In this document: positions 1 through 9,000 of the stretch, in pieces
Numbering within the stretch: position 1 is the stretch's first letter
Layout: every line of letters starts with the position of its first letter
Source of the DNA: an uncultured archaeon
GTDB lineage: Archaea > Altiarchaeota > Altiarchaeia > JAFGQM01
Direction of reading: 5' to 3'
Assembly: GCA_964619365.1 (NCBI GenBank)
Contig: CAZUDQ010000005.1
Location: 1 to 62,720 of the forward strand
DNA length: 62,720 bases
Position numbers and translations under genes: made by a program
The notes under the pieces: generated by a model
What the model was told of the DNA's origin: nothing
The model's input: only the letters and a program-made list of their open reading frames with translations
Databases searched by the model: none

Positions 1-3000
1 TTGTGATGTTAGCGTTGCCCCCACCAAGGATTCCTGCACCAGAGCTTGTAAAGAAGACAAATGCGGCAGAGTATGCATCTGTAATCGTCCCGCTCGCATT
101 TCCTGCAATCCCTCCAATCGCACTTGCACCAAGAACATTTGCTGCCGAGTAAACGTTTGTTAATTCGCAGTTTTCTGCGCGTCCGACAATTCCACCAAGT
201 GTGTTTGCACCAAGGACGTTTCCTAGGGCATAAGAATTTTCAATTGTTGTTCCTTGTGCCTCACCAACCATTCCACCAACATTTATTCCTCCTGAAACGT
301 TTGCGCTTGAAATACACTCTGTTATTGTGGCACCGCTCGCGTTTCCAATAAGGCCACCCGTACCATCAACCCCAGTTACTGCGGCACGCGACTCGCACTC
401 TTCAATTGTTGTTCCAATAGCAATACCTATTAGGCCGCCTGTGTCAGGGCCTCCTGAAACAAGCTCGCTTTGTGAGTAACATGAACTTACACTACCTCCT
501 TGTAGATATCCTGCAAGGCCTCCGATTATTCCTGAGCCACTCATGCGTCCTAGGGTGTTGCAATTTGTAATTTTGACGTCAACTGCATATGAGACTATTC
601 CACCAGAGTATGACTCGACGTCTATTCCTCCGGAGGTAGTTTCTGTTATTGTGCTTGAATTAACATCAGTTATGTTTGCGCGGTCTCCAATTGCATATAT
701 CCCACCAGCATAATGGGTTGCTGAAACTGACGCACTTGAACTTGAGTGAGTAATCTCTGAATCCGCTCCGTCGCCGGCAACTCCCCCTGCGTTGTTTGAG
801 GCGCTGACATCACCTGAAGTTATTATATATGAAAGGGTCGTTCCTCCTGCTTGTCCAGCAAGGACGCCTATGTTTCCAACGCCTGTTGCGTTGGCCTCAG
901 CAGTTATGTGCGATATTGTCGCACCGTATGCGTTTCCGACTAAGGCTCCGACATATGTTGCACCGATTACCTCTGCGTTTTCTATTGAGAGGTTTGTGAT
1001 ATTTCCTGAACCATTATGCGAGTAAAGGTTTCCGAAAAGTCCCTGATTGTCTTCTTCACGGTCTATTGTCAGGTCACTTAATGTGTGGCCAGCTCCGTCA
1101 AAGGTTCCTGTGAATGGGAAGTCGTTAGTCTCGTCGTAACATGAACCTGTGCAGTTTCCAATTGGGGTCCAGTTCGAGGCGCTTGAAAGGTCTAAGGAAG
1201 CGTTAAGGTCGTAGTCGCAGTGGAGGCACTCCCTTGCTGAGGAGAGGTCGGCGACTGTGTTAATTATACATGGATCGTTGGCTGTCCCCAATCCATCCAT
1301 TCCGTTTGGACATGGTGCATCAACTGTCAAGGTTCTAAGCTCCGTGACATTAGCGTTTCCTGAAGTATCATTACACCTTACATAATAAATATAATTTGTT
1401 TCGTCTGTTAAATTTATTACAGTATAGTTTGCCCATGTGTTATTATCTAAGTTATGGATCTGCATTGAGTAGTTTGTTGTTTCATGCGAAGATTCTTCAC
1501 TTTCAAGAGTAAAAGTTGGCTCGGGAGAAGAATATTTACGGACTTTTACGTTAACAGAATACGCCCTTGAAAACCAGTGGCCCAGATAATAGTCATACAA
1601 ATAGGTCTCGTCTGTATCTCCGCCCCCATATTTTACCCTACCCCCATTTTGATACCATCCAAAATATTGGTTTGTGCTAATTGGTAATTCTGTTGCTAAT
1701 GTGCCCGCGTTATATCCTGTTGATACAGTAAAACTTTCGGAGGTCTGAATTTGACTTGTTCCTATCGTGGGGAAAACATAGATTTTAAAATTGCTTCCCG
1801 AAGAACCAAAATATGCTCTCCAGCCCATAACTCTCCCATCAAAAGTTATTTCATCTTTTGCATTTGCTATTCTACCCAAATCTCCCGTATCTGTATTATC
1901 TCTGTCTATGGCGGGCCTGCCAAAGAAATCAAATGTAGCATTCTCATTACTCTCACTTGTCGCATTATCATTCCCATAGTACATATAGATATACGAAGTT
2001 GCGGTTGTAATATTATCATCAACTTTAGCCCAAATTGAGGCATTCTCTCCAGACGAACTACAATTTTCAATCCAATAGGGCAATTGAGTTGTATTGGAGT
2101 CATCAACAAATCTTATGTCATTACAGTTTCTTGACCAATTGAAGTTAGTTCCAACATTACTTGAATTCAAAATTATATTTGTTTGGTAATCTTGTTCTGT
2201 TGAGCCACTTGCTACGGATAAATTAATTTTTTGTCTGTGTGCAAAGGAGTCATTCCACCAGTCTGTGTAAGGCGTTCCGCCAGTAGTCCAACTCAAAACA
2301 CAGTCTGAAAGGTTCTCGTTTGACGTGACATTAATTTCTACACTGGTATTTGTCGTATTTGTGTCATTTGGGGGTGTCGGCAAGACAAATTCTATATGGG
2401 GGGGTGTTACAGCCTCAAGAATTGTAACATTCCAATGGCGAGTTTCTACAGTTGCACTTGAATCACTTAACAAGTCTGCATACGCAAAGAATTCATATGT
2501 TGAGCCTGCAGTCGCGTTAGGAACAACTTGCCAAGTCACGTTTTGACACTGACTCATGTTAAGTTCTATTGTCTGCGGGTTAGCACTTGTCGTGTAAAAC
2601 GGGCTTCCCGAACCATATGGTATAAGGCCTCCTTTTACCCAAGACGGAGGAACTGGAAGATTATTCAAAAGATAAGGATATTCGTCATTTAGTTCCTCTG
2701 AGATGTTCCATATTGTAGAGAAATCCCATCCGGCAGTCGTAAAAGTACTTTCGCTTTTCATTTGAGCCGTGGTTTTGCCGACCCCACACGCTGAAGATGA
2801 CTGGGCAGAACTTTGCGTATCCCAGAATGATTCTGTACAGGTTCCTACGTTTATGCCAACAAGACCACCTATGTCGTTAGTTCCACTGACATGGCCTGTT
2901 GAATAAGAGTTCTCTATAATGTGGGAATTATTCCCAACTAGACCAGCAACAGCAGTAACCCCACTGACTTGTCCTCTTGCATAGGAGTTATTTACCCTAC

Positions 3001-6000
3001 TATTCACACCATTTCCTATTAGTCCTCCGGTATTATTGCCTCCTGTGACTCTTCCTGTTGCGTAAGAACCTAATATTTGTGATTTGGCAGAAGGGCTAAG
3101 CCAGTCTGTGTTTGAATTACCTACAAGACCACCAACACCATTCTCCCCTGTGACTGCACCTGTTGCATAACAGTTTGAAACTATTGGATCATAGCTTAAT
3201 TTACCTACTAGTCCTCCGACATAACTTCCACCTGTTACTGTACCCGTTGCATGGCTATTTACTATATTTTCACTACTGGATCCTACTAGCCCACCTACTC
3301 GCTCGTCTCCACTGGTATTGCCTGTTGCATAAGAATTTAAAACCCCGCCACTTCCTTCATTTGAACCTAGTAAACCACCTACTCTGATTGCGCCTATAAC
3401 TTTTGCTGTGGAATAACAATCTTCTAAAATTGAGCTCGAACTTATTGACCGTGCAACCAGTCCTCCCACCATATCACTCGTACCGGTGACATTTCCTGTA
3501 GAATAAACATTTTGGACAATGGCTTGACCATATCCCAGTAATCCCGCCACGTAACCGTCTCCAGTAATATTCACATTTGTCAAACCGACATTTCTAAATT
3601 GGGCGGCGGACCAGGCATACGCAAACAACGCAATATGATCCTCGGTGGGTCTGTTGATATACAATCCATCTATTGTGTAGTTATATCCATCAAAGACTCC
3701 TATAAATTTACCTGAAGAATACGCACCGATAGGATCAAAGCCCGCGCCACTATGCCAATCCCCAGTCATAGAACAATCAATATCATGGAGAAGCCTATAA
3801 CTAGCCGAATAACTTACACTTGCAATATTTTCAAGACCAGTACAATTATGTATTAGATAATAACCTGCGTCCTGATTAACACACATTCCATTACCCGCAT
3901 CGCCACCATAGTCCGTGCAGTCTGAAGCTGGGTCAAGTGAAACATTAATCTCGCCACAGTCAATTTCTAAACAACAGACTTCAACAGAAACCTCATTTGT
4001 CTGGTTTATCGTCATATTCTGTTCTAAGGCAAAATTATTGACAATTATATTAAGGAATGTTCCGATTATTTCCAGATACCTAGTTCCAGTTGAATTACTG
4101 TTGCCTGAGGTATCAAATACTGTTGCGCTGTAAGTGTAGTTTCCTCTACTCAGATTGGATTCATTCGCATAAAAGTTCCAATTTGTCTCATTGCATTTTT
4201 TGAGGTTTGACCTGTAGAGGAGTAAAACCTCATCTGGATTTAAGGTCCTATTGTATATCCTCACCTCATCGATTGTTCCATTGAAATAATTATAGTTATA
4301 TGAACAACCAATTGTCCAGATGTCGGAGCCCCAAGCTGGAACAGATCCAGTTCTTTGGGCAGTAAAATTATTATCCATATATATTCTTTCAGTAGAACCA
4401 TCCCAAGTATAGACCATGCTATGCCAAACATCATTATCAATGGTGTATCCTGTATCAAACCCAGACCACCTATAAAGAGAGCCATCATCTGAAACTATAA
4501 GATACGTTCGTCTATCTCCCCCTCCGCTTTGACTTATTATAGACGCATATGTTCCAGTAGAAGGATTTCTTGCTTTTTTAACCCATAAGAATATACTATA
4601 ACTATTTACCAAACCAAGATTATCATTATCTGGAATTACAATCCTATTGTTAATGCCGTTAAACTCGTAAGCCCCTCCATAAACCCCTGCAGTCGCATTC
4701 CAAGTCGCACCCTCAACAGTTCCATCATTCCCGTGCCCACTCATATCAACAACATGAGTCAAATTCTCACCAAGAGCGGCGACATTGTCAAAATTATACA
4801 TCAGGACAAGCGACTCATCAAACAAGCTGTAATTAGTCCCATTCCAGTCGAAAGTAATGTTTGCTAGATACTCTTCAATGACACTAAGATTGATTTCCAC
4901 AGACGTGTTAGTCTGCGCACTGTCGTTGTCAGGTGTTGGAGGGACGAATTCTATTTCCGGACTCTTGTTCTCGACTATCGTGACGTTAAAGACACTTGAG
5001 GTATTCGAGATGCTTGAGTCTGCAAGGAGGTTTGCTTCTGAAAAGACGCTGTATGTTTCAAGAACGCCTCCTGTCACATTAGCGTGCAAAGGTATAATCT
5101 TTGTCTCCCCGCCTTCTCCCAGTGAGAAAACAAAGGGATTTGAGGAGTTTATTACAAACGGTGTTGCGGAAGCAGAGTCGTTCATCAAGTCAGAAGAGTA
5201 AGTGAAGAACGGACTACTAAGGTTTACTACTGTTGAAAAGAAAGTTCCTCCACCCATGCCCCACGGGTCATACGTAATACAGTCAAAGGAATAAACAGTC
5301 CTCCCAAGACGCTCTCTACTTGGACATAGGTACTGCACATCAAATCCTGTTACTGAACAAGGTCCATTAATCCCGGCTACGCCCTGTTCATCACAATAAG
5401 CGTCATTATAAACATAAGATTCCCCGCCATAACAATATTTGTTGGCGCCACTTGAGCCATAATACCACTGCCCTTCCCAGCTCTTATAACCTGGCTCATA
5501 TATATTATCGCAATCCATAGTGCAGACTGCATTTGCCGGGTCGCATTCCAGGGGTGCTCCACTGTGGTAATTTAGGCTTACGTTTACTGAGGAACAGTTA
5601 TTTAAGATACATGTTAGATTCAGTGTCAGGTTCAAATTTTCGTACTGGTTTACTCGTTTATTTGATGTGTTTACAAAATCTATTGAAAACGCAGGTATTG
5701 CGATAGTGACGTTCCTTGTTTCGCTCTGAGCTGATGCATCGAAGTTATCTACGGCAGTTAAATAATAACTATAAACTCCGTTAGACAAGTTTGTTTTTGC
5801 CTCATAGAAACTCCATATGGTGTCACTCAGATTCCTTAATTGACCGTAGTACAAGTCTTTGATTTCATCAACACTTAAGACTTTGTTGTAGACTCTGACC
5901 TCATCAATCGAGCCATTAAACCTGTATCCAAATGTATCTGCTGAACACCCTATACCAAAATTGGTTCCGTAGAAATTGATTGGTGATGAGGATATCGAGG

Positions 6001-9000
6001 GATTGTTTACCACCTCCACTCCGTCAAGGTAAAACCTTGCGATTTGGTTGGGTGCGTCCCAAGTGCCTACAATATGGTGCCAAACGTTTGCTTCGAAATT
6101 AATTGGGTACTGAAGGAGAGTCCCCATATCATGAGCGCCATAAGTTAATTGTCCCGATTGATATCTCATGTAATAACGGTGATACTGGGAGATAAAAACT
6201 TGCGTATAAGCTGGGTATGTGCCGTTTAGTTCACCTGCAGGGCGGAACCATAATGACATGCTGTTTGTACTCGCATTCATCATGTTTGTCGAGCGGAGGT
6301 AATTAGTCCCGTTAAATTCTATTGCGCCCCCAAACTTCCCACGCGCATTCCAGGCACCAGGCCCTATGTTTAGGACTTCGTGGCTGAAGTTGGCAAGGTT
6401 TTTAGTCATTAGACTGGGGTCATCAAAATTAAGGTTAAAGACTAAATCGCTGATTTCTGAATTAGAGTAATCCCTTGCTGGACAGGCGTCACCATGACCG
6501 CAGTCACAAGTCTGGTTTGCGTAATAAGTGCAAGTTGTTCCATTCCAGTTAAGTGTGGCATATGCTAGATTAGAACCGTTGATAGTAGCATTCAAATTCA
6601 AAAGAGATGCTCCAACTGTCGCACCATTATCTGGTGTGGGGAGAGTAAAGTTTATTTGAAAAGGTGGAAGGCCCTCTGTAACCTCGTAAGTCGTAAATCC
6701 AGTTACATTAAACCTGAACGTTCCTGTAGAATTATTATAACTTAGGACATTACACACAGGAGACTCGCACACTACAAAGGTTCCGTTATCATTGATGTCC
6801 TTCTGTATTATGGGAGTATAATTGAATGTTAAATTCCTTAAGGTTATATTTGAAGATTCGTTTAATCCCGGCAAATCTATTGAATCGACAAATGTATGGT
6901 TAAGGCTTATGTCTGCGTTAAGGCTTAAGTTTGCAAGTTCATACAATGTTTCCAGCCACGCAATCGTTCCGAATTCCTGCTCGATAGTAAGACGGGTGTT
7001 GTTATAGTTTAAGTTCGTGTCGGTAAATGAGTTATTGATTAAGACTAAGCTGTCTCCATCTCCTTTTATTATGGCATCAATACCTGGGTTTGTCCAAGTG
7101 AAATTTGATAAGTACGCCGTGTCACTTACTAAGATGTCTAATGGGTTGATTGCTCCGACTATGTTGTCTGCGTTTATCACTGAGAGATTTGAGAAGCTCC
7201 AGTCACTTGGGTTATTCGTGTTAAAGAAGGTCGTGTTAACACTTTCGTTGGCAATCCCTGTCGTGCCTTGGAACCTAAAGCCACCATAAATCTGGGCTGA
7301 GTTCTTGTTCTGGTCAACAAATATCAGGGTTCCTGTATCCCCTGGAGAAGCTGGATATGAACCACCTGCAACGCTTCCCTTAGTGACACTTGAGGATTGT
7401 GGACTTGTGAGTGTACTGGTGTTATAATAAACTGCGATTCTTCCGCCCGCGCCGCCACCTCCACCATAAAGGGTGGCAGAACCTCCGTTTCCGGCATCTG
7501 CTGAGAAATCTCCGCTACCGGCTAGCACATCTGTTATAACATAAATGGATCCGCCCGACCCAGCCCCACTTGCTCGACTAGTACTCCGACCATCTACGCC
7601 GTCTGCTGTAATACTACCGTCTAATGTCAATACATCTGTTATGTTAAGGGATATGGCCCCCCCTCCAGCGCCGCCAGGGTAATCAAATCCACCCCCACCA
7701 CCACTTCCAAGAATTGTTGGTGCTAATGATGAATCATAAACAACGCCCGCATAGCCTCCACCAGAATGACCTCCTTTGCCGCCAGCACCGCCATGGCCTG
7801 CCCCACCACCACTATAAGAACTGCCACCGCCTGCACCAGGTCCAGAACCGGCTGTTCTAGAAGCGCCGCCGGAATAACCTTTCCCGTCTGCTGAGATAGT
7901 GGAATCAGAATCAAGTACCAAATTAGTAGCTGTTATATTGGAATTTCCATAAAAATGTGAATTATTCAGGACAATGTCACTATCTAGTTGTATAGATATG
8001 GAATTAACTATTCTCTCAGAAGCACTCAAACTTGAATCTTTGACTGCCATAGCCCCCAGATTAAAATCAATTATGTCACTTGACCAACTGGAATTTGTTA
8101 AATTAAGATTATTTTCTACAGAAATACTCAAATTAGAAACTGCTTCGATTACATTGTCTGCATTCATAATCGTCAGGTTTGAGAAGTTCCAGTTGCTTGG
8201 GTCGTTCGTGTTAAAGAAGGTCGTGTTCACGCTTTCGTTGGCAATCCCGCTTGTTCCCTGGAACCTGAATCCCCCATAAATCTCTGCTGAGTTCTTGCTT
8301 TCGTCTACAAAGATTAGGGTTCCTGTGTTTCCTGGAGAAGCTGGATATGAACCACCTGCAACGCTTCCCTTAGTAACGCTTGATGATTGTGGGTTTGTGA
8401 GTGTACTACTGTTATAATAAACTGCGATTCTTCCACCCGCGCCGCCGCCTCCACCATAAAGGGTAGCAGAACCTCCATTTCCAGCATCTGCTGAGAAATC
8501 TCCGCCGCCAGTTAATACATCAGTTATAACATAAATGGATCCACCTGATCCACCCCCTGTTGCTCGACTAGTACTCCGACCATCTACGCCATCTGCTGTA
8601 ATCTTACCATCTAATGTTAAGACATTAGTTATATCAAGGAATATCGCTCCGCCTCCGGCTCCTCCAGCGTAATCACACCCCCCGCCTCCGCCACTTCCAA
8701 GGGTTGTTGGTGCTAATGATGAACCATAAATTATACCTCCGACCCCTCCAGAAGAATGTCCTCCGTGACCACCACTTCCACCATGACCGCCGCCTCCCCC
8801 ACTATACATGCCGCCGCCGCCAGCACCGGGTCCAGAACCGGCTGTTCTAGAAGCGCCACCGGAATAACCTTTCCCGTCTGCTGAAATGCTTGCCCCAGTA
8901 TCTATAGTCAAGACATTTGCAGTCAAGGCAATGGAATTATTTCCTGCGGTAGCCGAGTCAAAAGTCAAAACGGCGTTATTTGTTATCGTGACAACATCAC

